NCBI GenBank assembly: GCA_041648895.1 | Contig: JBAZOB010000001.1 | Span: 15,093-79,092, forward strand | Reading direction: 5' to 3' | Source: Patescibacteria group bacterium | GTDB taxonomy: Bacteria; Patescibacteriota; JAHJAL01 | Length of the DNA stretch: 64,000 bases | Part shown: piece after piece, positions 10,529 through 20,408 of the stretch | Numbering within the stretch: the first letter of the stretch is position 1 | Layout: each line of letters begins with the position of its first letter | Translations under genes and position numbers: made by a program | Notes under the pieces: generated by a model | Databases searched by the model: none | What the model was told of the DNA's origin: nothing | Seen by the model: only the letters and a program-made list of their open reading frames with translations

Positions 10529-10614
10529 GAGGGAAATATTCGCTGGTCAATTATTAATATATTATGAATAATTACAAATTACAAATGGTATAGATGGTGT
10601 GTTAATTTCTGTTG

Positions 10615-10643
10615 TGTCATCCCCGCTCAAGGCGGGGATGACA
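10615..10643. repeat. GTCATCCCCG repeat, copy C (single hairpin)
   Basis: TGTCATCCCCGCTCAAGGCGGGGATGACA. Confidence 0.9.
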
Positions 10644-10649
10644 AAGAAG

Positions 10650-10988
10650 TTATTGTTCAATTTCTAATACGAGTTTCAGCGTTTCCAAAATGGTAGCGGC
10701 GGCGAGGACGATGACAAAGCCAATGATGGCATTGGTGATAGATTTTTGTCCTTCTTTGATTTTTTCTTCGTTACCGCCGGAAGTGATATATTTGTAGCCG
10801 CCAAAAATCAGGTAGGCAATCATGATCAGGCCGGCAAAGTAGTAGGCCCAGGTGAAGAGAGCAAAAATTAACTCTTCGACCGAGGCAAAATTACTGAGGG
10901 GATTAAGGCGATCGGGGAGGAGACTTCTTAATTGTTGCATGATGTCATCAGCGGCGGTAAAGGTGATTGGTTTGAATATTTGGTTCAT
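10650..10988 (-). CDS. VirB2/TrbC-like T4SS pilin
   Basis: IFGGYKYITSGGNEEKIKEGQKSITNAIIGF. Confidence 0.85.
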   Translation of the reverse strand: MNQIFKPITFTAADDIMQQLRSLLPDRLNPLSNFASVEELIFALFTWAYYFAGLIMIAYLIFGGYKYITSGGNEEKIKEGQKSITNAIIGFVIVLAAATILETLKLVLEIEQ

Positions 10989-11055
10989 TATCGATAATTA
11001 ATTACAAATTACAAATTTAGTTTGCCATCCTGAATATTAATAATACTTATAGTCA

Positions 11056-11454
11056 TTAATAATTTACCCTATCTAAATCCACCGTGGTGATTTCTTGGAG
11101 GAAGGTTTGGACAATGAGGTAGGCGATGATGGCGACTACGAAGCCAATGATGGCCCAAGTCAGGGTGTTTTTGGCGGCGGTGGCTTGTTCTTGATTGCCT
11201 TTGCTGTAGATTAGTTTGATGCCTCCCCAAATAATAAATATGACGGCGACCAATCCGGCCAGACCGATCAAGTTACTACCGATATAGATAACAAAACGCA
11301 GAATGTCTTCAAATGTGATTTTTTGGGCTTCATGGCCGAAGTCGAAGCCGAATAATTTCAGATTGTCGGCGGCCAAAACTTTTTGGGGGAGGAATGTTAT
11401 TAACAACCCGATGGTGGAGGTAAATGGTAGGAGTTTTTTGGTGATATTTTTCAT
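11056..11454 (-). CDS. VirB2/TrbC-like T4SS pilin
   Basis: IWGGIKLIYSKGNQEQATAAKNTLTWAIIGF; start moved to ATG 11454 (MKNITKK) to avoid overlap. Confidence 0.85.
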   Translation of the reverse strand: MKNITKKLLPFTSTIGLLITFLPQKVLAADNLKLFGFDFGHEAQKITFEDILRFVIYIGSNLIGLAGLVAVIFIIWGGIKLIYSKGNQEQATAAKNTLTWAIIGFVVAIIAYLIVQTFLQEITTVDLDRVNY

Positions 11455-11458
11455 AAAA

Positions 11459-11839
11459 TTATTGTCCCACCCCGATCCAGGTTTGGATGGTGCTGATGAT
11501 AACGACGCCGGAAAGGGCAATGATAAAGCCAATGATGGCGTTGACGAGAGATTTTTTGCCTTGTTCGACTTGTTGTTCGTTGCCCTGGGCGGTGACTAAA
11601 AGGTAACCGCTGTAGATAATAAAGCCAATGGCGACAAAGCCGGCCAGGGAAAGCGCGAAGCCGATTATACGCAGAAGAATGGGAGCGAGCATTTCGAATA
11701 GATTACCGTCATAGTTAATATCAAGTCCACTGGTAAAATCTTTGATGTAGTCTCGGGCGAATACTTTTTGGGGGAGGGAGGAGATTAGAAGTCCGAGGGT
11801 TGATATTAGTTGTAGGGATTTTTTTTGGATAGACGGCAT
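11459..11839 (-). CDS. VirB2/TrbC-like T4SS pilin
   Basis: IYSGYLLVTAQGNEQQVEQGKKSLVNAIIGF. Confidence 0.85.
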   Translation of the reverse strand: MPSIQKKSLQLISTLGLLISSLPQKVFARDYIKDFTSGLDINYDGNLFEMLAPILLRIIGFALSLAGFVAIGFIIYSGYLLVTAQGNEQQVEQGKKSLVNAIIGFIIALSGVVIISTIQTWIGVGQ

Positions 11840-11890
11840 AAATTAAGAATGAAGAATTAGATACTACTGATGTTTGAGAAAAAAGATATT

Positions 11891-12292
11891 TTATAGTTCT
11901 AGACCATGTTCGATAATTTCGTGTCGATCGCGATTATCCGTTTCAACTGTGCTGCTGGTGGGGGCGGGGTTGTTGATGATTTGGGGGGAAATGATGCGGA
12001 GGACAGTGTAGGCAAGTACCAATAATGCCAGGGAGACGAGGGCGGAGATGATGGTGCCGCGGCCTTTGTTGATCATGTCGGGATTGCCCTGGGAAATAAT
12101 CATGGTGTAACCACCGATTACTATCATGATAATCGAAACAGCGGCGATAAGCCAGATGGCATAGATATAAAAATCACTGACATAATCGGCCAGAGAAGTG
12201 TAGTTGCTGGTGCTTTCATTGATGGGAGCGCGGACGTCAACGCTACCATCGACGGCCAGCCAAGTTAGACTTTGGTAGAGTAAATTGATCAT
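11891..12292 (-). CDS. VirB2/TrbC-like T4SS pilin
   Basis: VIGGYTMIISQGNPDMINKGRGTIISALVSL. Confidence 0.8.
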   Translation of the reverse strand: MINLLYQSLTWLAVDGSVDVRAPINESTSNYTSLADYVSDFYIYAIWLIAAVSIIMIVIGGYTMIISQGNPDMINKGRGTIISALVSLALLVLAYTVLRIISPQIINNPAPTSSTVETDNRDRHEIIEHGLEL

Positions 12293-13626
12293 AATTGTTC
12301 TTCTTTGGCCTTGAGCATAATGTCGGAAATATCATTTTGAGCTTTATTGATGGCTTCTTCGGAGGGGATGTTGTTGATGGCCACGTCGTCAATCATTTGC
12401 GTAAAAATGGCGTCAACGCGGTTGGCGTCAATTTTATAGAAGGATTTGGCATAGTAGGCTTGTCTGTCGAAGATAATACTGGAGCTTTGGGCGGTGGATT
12501 TAAGTGAAGTTGGTTTTTTGGTGCGAGTGGTATATATGCCGTTTTCGGCGGTATATTTGAGGAAATCCCAGGCCCAAGCCGCGTTTTTACTTTGTAAACT
12601 AACCGTTTCTCCCCAATAGTTGGCGTAGCTTACCGGGTCGTCAGTGGTAAAAAGTTGGGGCAGGTTGGTGACTTCATAATGGACGTCGGGGTCTTTGAAT
12701 TTATCAATAATTGGTATTTGATAAGCATAGTTAATAGTCATGGCGCTAAGTCCTTTTTCGAAGGACTCAATTGAACCCAACATGGATGGATTCCAGGTGT
12801 AGTTGGTGTTGGCGGGATCGGCAAAACTGGTGTAGAAATCAAGTGAACTTTCACCCGGATAGAAATTTTCGCCGGTGGGAGTCTTGGTGGGTAGAGCAAA
12901 GGAAGAGGTGGTGTTGTCCGGTGAAGTCATGACAGTCCCATTTTGTAGCATCAGGGCGTATAAAATATCGGAGGCGCGGTTAATATTGTTGGCGGTGCCC
13001 ATGGTAATACCGGCCAGATCAACATTGTTGCCTTGTTTAACGGTTAAGGTTTGGGAGTATTCTTCGAGTTGTTCCCAGGTGGCGGGAGGGGAAAAATAAT
13101 TTTGATCTTTGAGTAACTCTTCATTGTAGAAAAGCGCCAAGGTATCTACATAGAGGGGAATAGCATAGGCTTTTTCCTGAAAAATGAAATCTTCGGCAGC
13201 GACCGGGACAAATGTTTCTTGGTATTTATCGACAGTCATGATTTCCTCGGGAATGGGGGAGATGATTTCCCAGTATTTGGGTAGCCAGTCATTATGAATT
13301 TGAAAAATGTCCGGTCCTTTGCCGGCGGCCAGGGCTTTAATCAGTTTTTCTTCGTAATTATTGAAATCAACTTTTTTGTACTCAATGTTGATGGTGGTGT
13401 TGGACTGTTTATCCCATAATTTACTATAAGCATCAATCGTAGTTTGCAAAGTTTCGCGATCATCAAAAAGCCGCCAGACGGTGAGGTTGACTTCGGTGGG
13501 GCAGGGTTTGGTGGGACAGAGTGGATCGGGGGGAGTGGTATTCTCTTGCTCACAACCGGAGAGAGTGGTGGCGGCGAGAAAAATGGTGAGAATTAATAGT
13601 TGGGGGAGTTTTTTTAGTTGGTTCAT
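12289..13626 (-). CDS. Extracellular solute-binding lipoprotein (sugar-binding family 1)
   Basis: Lipobox LSGC; GKGPDIF, YAIPLYVDTLALFYN, PPATWEQL. Confidence 0.85.
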   Translation of the reverse strand: MNQLKKLPQLLILTIFLAATTLSGCEQENTTPPDPLCPTKPCPTEVNLTVWRLFDDRETLQTTIDAYSKLWDKQSNTTINIEYKKVDFNNYEEKLIKALAAGKGPDIFQIHNDWLPKYWEIISPIPEEIMTVDKYQETFVPVAAEDFIFQEKAYAIPLYVDTLALFYNEELLKDQNYFSPPATWEQLEEYSQTLTVKQGNNVDLAGITMGTANNINRASDILYALMLQNGTVMTSPDNTTSSFALPTKTPTGENFYPGESSLDFYTSFADPANTNYTWNPSMLGSIESFEKGLSAMTINYAYQIPIIDKFKDPDVHYEVTNLPQLFTTDDPVSYANYWGETVSLQSKNAAWAWDFLKYTAENGIYTTRTKKPTSLKSTAQSSSIIFDRQAYYAKSFYKIDANRVDAIFTQMIDDVAINNIPSEEAINKAQNDISDIMLKAKEEQL

Positions 13627-14486
13627 TATATTTTTAACGATTTTAAATATTTAACAAAGTCTTTTCTCAGGTCAGGCCGGTCGAGGGCGAATTCGACGGT
13701 GGTTTGGAGGTAGTTGAGGGGGTCACCGGTGGTGTGCCATTTGCCTTTGATGGGAGTGGCGATGTAGGATTTGATTTGATTGTGAATACGCATGGCGTCA
13801 GGCAGATGAATTTCATTGTTGATACCCGGTTTGGTTTTAGCCAAGATGGAAAATATTTCCGGCTCCAGAACTAAACGGCCGATGCTGGCCAGGTTGGATG
13901 GAGCTTGGGCCGGGTCGGGTTTTTCAATGATGTCTTCGACAAAATAGATATCTTTTTCTTTTTTGCCTTTGATTATTCCATATTTATTAGTTTCATCATG
14001 AGGCACGGGGACGACGGCCAGGACGGAGGTTTGGTATTGCTCGTACAGTTCACAAATGTCACCGATGCAAGATTTTTTGGATTGGACGAGATCATCACCA
14101 TAGAGAACGGCGAACGGTTCGTTGCCCACAAAGGTGCGGGCTTGCAAGACGGCGTGACCGAGACCGAGGATTTCTTTTTGACGGATGTAGTGGATATTGG
14201 CTAGTTTTTCGATGCGCTGCAATTCTTTCAATAAACTTTCTTTACCTTTTTGTTTGAGGGTGTAGTTGAGTTCGAAAGACTGGTCAAAATGATCCTCAAT
14301 GGCTCTTTTACCGCGGCCGGTAATGATCAGAATTTCTTCAATACCGGCGTCAACGATTTCTTCGACAATATATTGAATAACCGGTTTATCGATCACCGGG
14401 ATCATTTCTTTGGGCATGGCTTTGGTGGCGGGCAGAAAACGAGTGCCAAAACCGGCGGCGGGGATGATGGCTTTTTTTATTTTCAT
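13626..14486 (-). CDS. galU: UTP-glucose-1-phosphate uridylyltransferase
   Basis: KAIIPAAGFGTRFLPATKAMPKEM, RQKEILGLGHAV, EKP. Confidence 0.95.
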   Translation of the reverse strand: MKIKKAIIPAAGFGTRFLPATKAMPKEMIPVIDKPVIQYIVEEIVDAGIEEILIITGRGKRAIEDHFDQSFELNYTLKQKGKESLLKELQRIEKLANIHYIRQKEILGLGHAVLQARTFVGNEPFAVLYGDDLVQSKKSCIGDICELYEQYQTSVLAVVPVPHDETNKYGIIKGKKEKDIYFVEDIIEKPDPAQAPSNLASIGRLVLEPEIFSILAKTKPGINNEIHLPDAMRIHNQIKSYIATPIKGKWHTTGDPLNYLQTTVEFALDRPDLRKDFVKYLKSLKI

Positions 14487-14489
14487 TGG

Positions 14490-14942
14490 TTAAAGGGTTT
14501 TGATTTTCAACGTTTTTGTTTGTACCGACTTGGCTTTGGGTACGCAAATGGTAAGCATGCCGTCTTTGAAAGTGGCGGCGGCATTTTCGGAATCGACGGA
14601 GGTGGGGAAGTTAATTTGGCGCGTGAAAGACCCCCAGTAACATTCTTGCAGGTGGTAGATTCGATCGTCCAGATCGGTGTCTTTTTGTCTTTTGCCGCGA
14701 ATGGCAATAAAATCGTCGTTGAGTTCAATTTCAATATCGTCGGCGACCACGCCGGCGGCGGGAGCGATAATGTAATAGCTATTATTTTTTTCGTACATGT
14801 CGACGATCAATTGTCCTTCTTCATCATCGTCTGATTGGTGATTGCTGGTCTGGTCGGATTTGAATTGGCTGGGATTCCAATTGGCGGAAAGTAGTTTTTG
14901 TAAGGTTTTTAGCGTACTTGATTTTTCTTCAGTCTGTTTCAT
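14490..14942 (-). CDS. Hsp20/alpha-crystallin small heat-shock protein
   Basis: ECYWGSFTRQINFP...ATFKDGMLTICVPK. Confidence 0.9.
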   Translation of the reverse strand: MKQTEEKSSTLKTLQKLLSANWNPSQFKSDQTSNHQSDDDEEGQLIVDMYEKNNSYYIIAPAAGVVADDIEIELNDDFIAIRGKRQKDTDLDDRIYHLQECYWGSFTRQINFPTSVDSENAAATFKDGMLTICVPKAKSVQTKTLKIKTL

Positions 14943-15084
14943 ATTTGTGCCCTCTAATAAATATGATTGTTGAATTCATCTTTTATTATAATCGACAATG
15001 ATTAAATTGTTAAATGGATAAATAATATATTACGAATTATGAATTAACGAGTGGTGTTAATTAATAACTTGATCCACCTACATA

Positions 15085-15172
15085 TGTCATCCCCGCCTTG
15101 AGCGGGGATCTCATTATCAAGACTGCAATATATACGTTACATATGAGATCCCCGCTCAAGGCGGGGATGACA
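15085..15172. repeat. GTCATCCCCG repeat, copy D (spacer inverted relative to copy B)
   Basis: Same 29-bp IRs; spacer matches the reverse complement of the copy B spacer at 25/30. Confidence 0.95.
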
Positions 15173-15292
15173 GATAAAGAGATTAATTCATATAACTCGT
15201 TAATTCGTAATTTATTATTTATCCATTTACAAAATCATCAAATATTGATACAATATATAGATTTTACAATAAAACAAAAATATAAATTAGAT

Positions 15293-17800
15293 ATGAAAAA
15301 CAAAAGTATTATGGAAGCTTTTAGCGAAGAATATTCTTCAGGTAAGGGGTGGGCGGCCGAACAGGAGAAGAAATCGTGGTTTTTTGTTTGGTCAGCGCGA
15401 ATGGCCAGTTTATTGATGGTACTGCTGATACTTTTTTTGGGGATATTTGCTTTCGGTTATGCCGATAATATTGGTCAGGTTAAGGTGGACAGATTGCAGG
15501 ATACTGATTTTGTGTTGAAAGAAGCCAACGTGCTGTCGACCGACTGGTCGGGTGACGCGGGTGAACAAACTTCAACTTTGACTATTCCAACGGGTCAAAA
15601 TATTTTTTCCTATGTTTCGGACGCGCGGGAAGCCAAGCGTTCTTTCTGGATGATCGCGGCCAAGTTGTCAGCCAAGATTCCGGCGGGGACAAAGGTGGTG
15701 GGAAAAGTTAGAGTTAGTAATGATAGTAGTACTTGGTCGGAGTGGTATGATTTGGATTTGGAGAAGCTATCAAATGAGCAGAACAAAGATGTGACGGAAG
15801 TGCCGATTTTATTGGAAAAGAAATCAAAATATGCTCAATATTCACTGGTTTTGTCGAGCGACGATGTTAATTTAACTCCGGAAATATATGATGTTGATTT
15901 GGTACTGATTGATCCCGATGATAAATTGGCTTTAGTTAAAAAGGGCTGGAGTAGTCTGATGGCTCGAGTTTCGGGTAGTACGGGAGTTGATGTTATTAGT
16001 CGTAGTGAGTGGGGGGCCGATGAATCGATCATGACTTGGGATGATAAAGAATACGCGCCAGTGGAGCAGATTGTGGTTCATCATACCGCTGGTAGTAATA
16101 ATTCACCTTTGGATCCGGCGGCGGTAGTGCGGGGTATATATTATTTTCACGCGGTGGAGAAAGACTGGGGAGATATTGGTTATAACTATATTATTGATCA
16201 AGATGGCAATATTTATGAGGGCCGGGAAGGTGGCTTCGGAGTGGTAGCGGCTCATTCTTCGGGTAACAATTATGGTAGTGTGGGAATTGCGATTATTGGG
16301 AACTATAGTGAAGATGCTCCGGCCAGTCAAAGTATGGACGGCTTAATAAATTTAGTCGAATATATTGGGTATCAAGGTGATTTGGATTTAACCACCAAGC
16401 ATAATTTTGAAGGTAATAATGTACCGGTGGTGGCGGGGCACCGTGATGTTAACCCGACTGAATGTCCAGGCGATGTTTTGTATGCCATGTTGCCGGATGT
16501 AGCAATTGCGGCTAGCCAGGGTGAGAATACTTTACCAGCCAAGACTTACCAGGCACAATTGGTACATCAGTCACAAAAAAGTTTAGATTTAAAATCAGGC
16601 CAAATACAAAAAGTGGTGGTGACTTACAAAAATTCTGGTTCAGCGGTGTGGTTAAAACAAAGAGGGGAAGTAGAGTTGGTGCCGGTTGATCCATATCCGC
16701 GGAGCAGTGGTTTTGCCACTCCGGACTGGGATAGTGTTGAAGTGGTGGGGACAATGAATCAGGTGACGGTGATGTCGGGTAATGAGGCGACATTTGATTT
16801 GCCACTCTTCGGGATCGATCAGGCTGGTCAATATGGGGAAAAATTTGCCTTGCTGGGTCCGGATGGTTTGATTAGTGGGACTGAATTTTCAGTGAATATC
16901 GATAATCAAAAGAGTAGTGTGGACTCGGGTGAAGATAGCAATATTGATAATCAAAATGACCAAATAATTGATGACGATAACGATAGTGACAATAATACCA
17001 ATGATATCAATGATTCCGATACTAGCGTCGTCGAAGCTGATTGGTATCATTCGGCTTGGGTGGCGCAAACTGATCATTTGACTTTGTACCCGGGTGAGGA
17101 AAAATCTGTTTGGATTGATTTTAAAAATACTGGTAAAACTCCTTGGTATAAAGATAGCGATTATCCAGTTCGTTTAGGGACGGCCAATCCTCAAGACAGA
17201 AATAGCGCTTTGGCCGTGGTAGATAGTGGATGGCTCTCGGCTAATCGGATTGAAATGAGTCAATGGAGCGTGGAACCTGGAGAAGTGGCTCGTTTTCGTT
17301 TTACCTTGAAGGCGGGCAATAATAGTTCGGGGGTGTATCAGGAATATTTCCGGCCGGTGGTGGAAAATGTAACCTGGATGGAAGACCAGGGGGTGTATAT
17401 CCAAATTGAAGTGGTGGAGTCGCAATATATGGCTCTGTTTGTGGAACAAAGTGAAAATCCAATCACTTTATCCAGTGGTCGTAAAGCTAGATTGTGGGTG
17501 GAATTAAAAAATACCGGTAACGTGGTTTGGACCAAAGATAGTGATACGCCGGTTCGTTTGGCGACTGATCGTGATCCCGATCGAGCCAGCATTTTTTATT
17601 CACCCGGGTATTGGATCAGTGATAATCGGGCGGCCAGTATGAAAAAAAATGCGGTGTCGCCGGGTGACAGCGTCCGTTTTGAAGTGGTGGTCACGGCTCC
17701 CGATGAGCCGGGTTCGTATCGGGAATATTTTCGACCGGTGGCGGATAATATGCAGTGGATGGATGATTTAGGAATTTATTGGGATATCAATGTGGAGTAA
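15293..17800 (+). CDS. N-acetylmuramoyl-L-alanine amidase (PGRP/Amidase_2-like) with C-terminal Ig-like repeats
   Basis: ISRSEWGADE, VVHHTAG, WGDIGYN, GHRD...TECPG; three KNTG..W..DR.S..W..NR..PGE..RF repeats; track start 15098 lies inside a repeat, ATG 15293 preferred. Confidence 0.85.
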   Translation: MKNKSIMEAFSEEYSSGKGWAAEQEKKSWFFVWSARMASLLMVLLILFLGIFAFGYADNIGQVKVDRLQDTDFVLKEANVLSTDWSGDAGEQTSTLTIPTGQNIFSYVSDAREAKRSFWMIAAKLSAKIPAGTKVVGKVRVSNDSSTWSEWYDLDLEKLSNEQNKDVTEVPILLEKKSKYAQYSLVLSSDDVNLTPEIYDVDLVLIDPDDKLALVKKGWSSLMARVSGSTGVDVISRSEWGADESIMTWDDKEYAPVEQIVVHHTAGSNNSPLDPAAVVRGIYYFHAVEKDWGDIGYNYIIDQDGNIYEGREGGFGVVAAHSSGNNYGSVGIAIIGNYSEDAPASQSMDGLINLVEYIGYQGDLDLTTKHNFEGNNVPVVAGHRDVNPTECPGDVLYAMLPDVAIAASQGENTLPAKTYQAQLVHQSQKSLDLKSGQIQKVVVTYKNSGSAVWLKQRGEVELVPVDPYPRSSGFATPDWDSVEVVGTMNQVTVMSGNEATFDLPLFGIDQAGQYGEKFALLGPDGLISGTEFSVNIDNQKSSVDSGEDSNIDNQNDQIIDDDNDSDNNTNDINDSDTSVVEADWYHSAWVAQTDHLTLYPGEEKSVWIDFKNTGKTPWYKDSDYPVRLGTANPQDRNSALAVVDSGWLSANRIEMSQWSVEPGEVARFRFTLKAGNNSSGVYQEYFRPVVENVTWMEDQGVYIQIEVVESQYMALFVEQSENPITLSSGRKARLWVELKNTGNVVWTKDSDTPVRLATDRDPDRASIFYSPGYWISDNRAASMKKNAVSPGDSVRFEVVVTAPDEPGSYREYFRPVADNMQWMDDLGIYWDINVE

Positions 17801-17802
17801 AG

Positions 17803-17852
17803 AAGTATCAAGTATTAAATACTTAATCCTTGATACTTGAAACTTGATCCTT
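17803..17852. repeat. Heptamer palindromic repeat (third TCAAG-family copy)
   Basis: AAGTATCAAGTATT...CCTTGATACTTGAAACTTGATCCTTG. Confidence 0.75.
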
Positions 17853-17883
17853 GGATAATAATTTGTAATTAAATTAATAACAA

Positions 17884-18321
17884 ATGAAAAAGAATATTAA
17901 AACAAAAAATAAAGTTATGCGAAAAGATGTCAAAGAAAGTGTGGTGGAGATTATGCGGCAGGAATTGAAAGATATTGATTGTTTGCTGGATGATTATTTT
18001 GAAGAGCAGCCCAATGAGATGGGGCAAAAGTGGTTCAGTTTCAATGAATCGAGGGTAATGGGAGCAGATGAAGTGTTGCGGATTAGTGTGTGGGGACTCA
18101 ATGATGATATTGTCAGGCATAATGATTTTTTTGATTCATATTATACCTGGGTGGGTGATATGGTGGCTGGTTTGGACAAGGCGGGAAAATTACAGTTCAA
18201 GCGCGAGAATACTCGTAAGGGTGAGGTAGCCGATGAGATTTTTGAGTTATTCAAAGGCTTTTGTGGGGGCAAGGTGGCGTGCAGTTTTCCGGAAGTAATA
18301 GAACTGAAATTGATAATTTAA
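17884..18321 (+). CDS. Hypothetical protein
   Basis: 145-aa ORF in operon position; no recognised motif. Confidence 0.6.
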   Translation: MKKNIKTKNKVMRKDVKESVVEIMRQELKDIDCLLDDYFEEQPNEMGQKWFSFNESRVMGADEVLRISVWGLNDDIVRHNDFFDSYYTWVGDMVAGLDKAGKLQFKRENTRKGEVADEIFELFKGFCGGKVACSFPEVIELKLII

Positions 18322-18369
18322 TTTGATTTTTCAGTAATGCTAATTTAAATGAATATGATAATTTAATAA

Positions 18370-20397
18370 ATGGCGCAAGTCGATAAAAACCAGAATAATC
18401 AGATTGGTTCGTCAGCGGATAAGATATCCAATGTTGGGCGAAATATGATTAATTTTGCCAAGGGAAAAAAGGAAGTATCGGAAGTAAGTAATTTAGATAC
18501 CCCGGTGAAAGATGATGGTGACTATGATATTGCGTCGGCGGGGAATAAGGTGGTGCAGAGTGGCCAAATGATGATTGAAAGCGCAGATGTTGGTAAGAAA
18601 AAAATCGAATCGGCGTGGGATGAGAATCAATATGTCAATAAATTAGACAATGTTGATTATGATTATCGAAAGCATATATTGACAGATATGCAAGAAAAAG
18701 GATCAGTGACGCCTGAGCAATTACAATATTTAAGAGAAAATGATCCGCAGGGGTATAAAGCAGTGACAGGTCTTATCAAATCTCAATCACAAGTTGGAAT
18801 TACTTCACAAGAGAAAGGGGCGCAGGAGACATATAATGAGGCTTTGACTCAAGCAGAAATAGAAGGTGTGCAAGTGGCAGCGATGGGGGGAGTTGGATAT
18901 TTGGTGATGAAGGGGATTGAACTTGGGGGTAAGAAAGTAGTAGTGCCAAAGATACTAGAAACAGCCAAAGTGGAAGAGGAAGATTTAGTAAATCCTGCCG
19001 GGGGCGAAAGTGTGGAAAATTACTTGCTGGTCAAAGTAGGCAAAGGAGAGAAATTATCAACGGAAGAGATAGAATATATCAAGTCACTGCCTCAGGAACG
19101 ACAAGAAAGATTGATGGAGGCGATAGGCGGTATACAAAAATCTAATGTTGAAATCAAAGATACGAGACAGACACAAGAGAGTTATTTAGTCGGAACAAAA
19201 TCAGGTGCTGAATCGGCGGTAGAGACGGCTAGCATGTTGTATAATCCATCAAACAAGCTAGCAGATAAAGTGAGCAAAACTGTCGCGAAAGCGGAAGAAA
19301 AGTTGGTAACTAAAGGTGGAAAAATCGGACTAATGTATGAGGCACTGAACAAAGGATTCGTTGGAACGCAGAAAAAAGTTGTAGGATTTTTGACTAAACC
19401 GATTAGTAATTTGCTTAAGTCAAATAAAGGAAAAATAAATGATGAGATGGGGGAAGCGGCTATAAAAGTTGATGATGCGTTGACTGATAGCAAGGAGATG
19501 GTTAAGGATTTGGAACCTCAGGAGATTAATTATAAATCCGATGATGTAAAGAATAGTGATCCAGTATTGGATGAATTATTGGGAACGGTTGATGAGGAGG
19601 TAACAGAAAAGGGTGGAAAAGTGATGGAAGATGTTATGCAATATGATAATTGGTACTATAATCCTAGCACAGGCGCTAAGGAATATTATGATGAATTTGG
19701 TAAAATAGTGAAAATCGAGCCGCGTACTTATGGGGAAAAATTCCCGGTGGTGTATAATTCGACAGTTATGATTGATGGAATTGAATATAATGTTCTTAAG
19801 GAAAAAGGAAAAGTTATTTTGGACCCAGGCCGCCCCAAGTTAGAGTCTGGGTCAGCGAATTTGCTAAGCATTGATGACTTACAAAGTGGAGAAGTTAAGG
19901 GTTATCTAGCAGATATTGATATGATGCCCAAAAAACTGATAGACAATTTAAAAGAAGGTGGGGTTAATGTGGTCATTGGTAATACAGATGTTCCCGGATT
20001 GTCTAATAATAGGCTTCTCGAGGGTAAACCCAGGGGGTGGGATCAAGATAATATGTCAGGTGTCAAAGCATGTTATGATCCTGTTAATAAGATAGTATAT
20101 GCTGGCGAAGGGATGGGTGCTAGTACGAGCCCGGTTTTACATGAATACGGTCATGCAGTAATTGATTTGTTTGATTCGACTGGCAACCCAAAAATTATTG
20201 AAGCTCATGAACGTTTATATGATAATCTTGGTGATTATTTAAAACAGGGAGGTCCGGGAGGTGAAGCGGGAGTTGATGAGTTTTTTGCTGAGTCTTTTGC
20301 TGATTATATTAAGTTGCCAAAAAAACTTTTTGTAGCAAGATATGATGAACAGTGGCATGGCCAAATGAAAGAAATAATAAAAAATAATTCGCAATAG
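18370..20397 (+). CDS. Large protein with C-terminal HEXXH metallopeptidase domain (anthrax lethal factor/PPEP-like)
   Basis: PRGW...ACYDP...VLHEYGHAVID...EFFAESFA. Confidence 0.65.
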   Translation: MAQVDKNQNNQIGSSADKISNVGRNMINFAKGKKEVSEVSNLDTPVKDDGDYDIASAGNKVVQSGQMMIESADVGKKKIESAWDENQYVNKLDNVDYDYRKHILTDMQEKGSVTPEQLQYLRENDPQGYKAVTGLIKSQSQVGITSQEKGAQETYNEALTQAEIEGVQVAAMGGVGYLVMKGIELGGKKVVVPKILETAKVEEEDLVNPAGGESVENYLLVKVGKGEKLSTEEIEYIKSLPQERQERLMEAIGGIQKSNVEIKDTRQTQESYLVGTKSGAESAVETASMLYNPSNKLADKVSKTVAKAEEKLVTKGGKIGLMYEALNKGFVGTQKKVVGFLTKPISNLLKSNKGKINDEMGEAAIKVDDALTDSKEMVKDLEPQEINYKSDDVKNSDPVLDELLGTVDEEVTEKGGKVMEDVMQYDNWYYNPSTGAKEYYDEFGKIVKIEPRTYGEKFPVVYNSTVMIDGIEYNVLKEKGKVILDPGRPKLESGSANLLSIDDLQSGEVKGYLADIDMMPKKLIDNLKEGGVNVVIGNTDVPGLSNNRLLEGKPRGWDQDNMSGVKACYDPVNKIVYAGEGMGASTSPVLHEYGHAVIDLFDSTGNPKIIEAHERLYDNLGDYLKQGGPGGEAGVDEFFAESFADYIKLPKKLFVARYDEQWHGQMKEIIKNNSQ

Positions 20398-20408
20398 AGG
20401 ATAATAAA

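Noticed and set aside
11455-11532. Extended N-terminus of the 158-aa pilin ORF
   Set aside because: Overlaps the upstream pilin in another frame; the signal-like sequence begins at 11454.
15098-15292. N-terminal 65 aa of the 900-aa ORF
   Set aside because: Starts at a TTG inside repeat copy D and crosses AT-rich intergenic DNA; ATG 15293 is more plausible.
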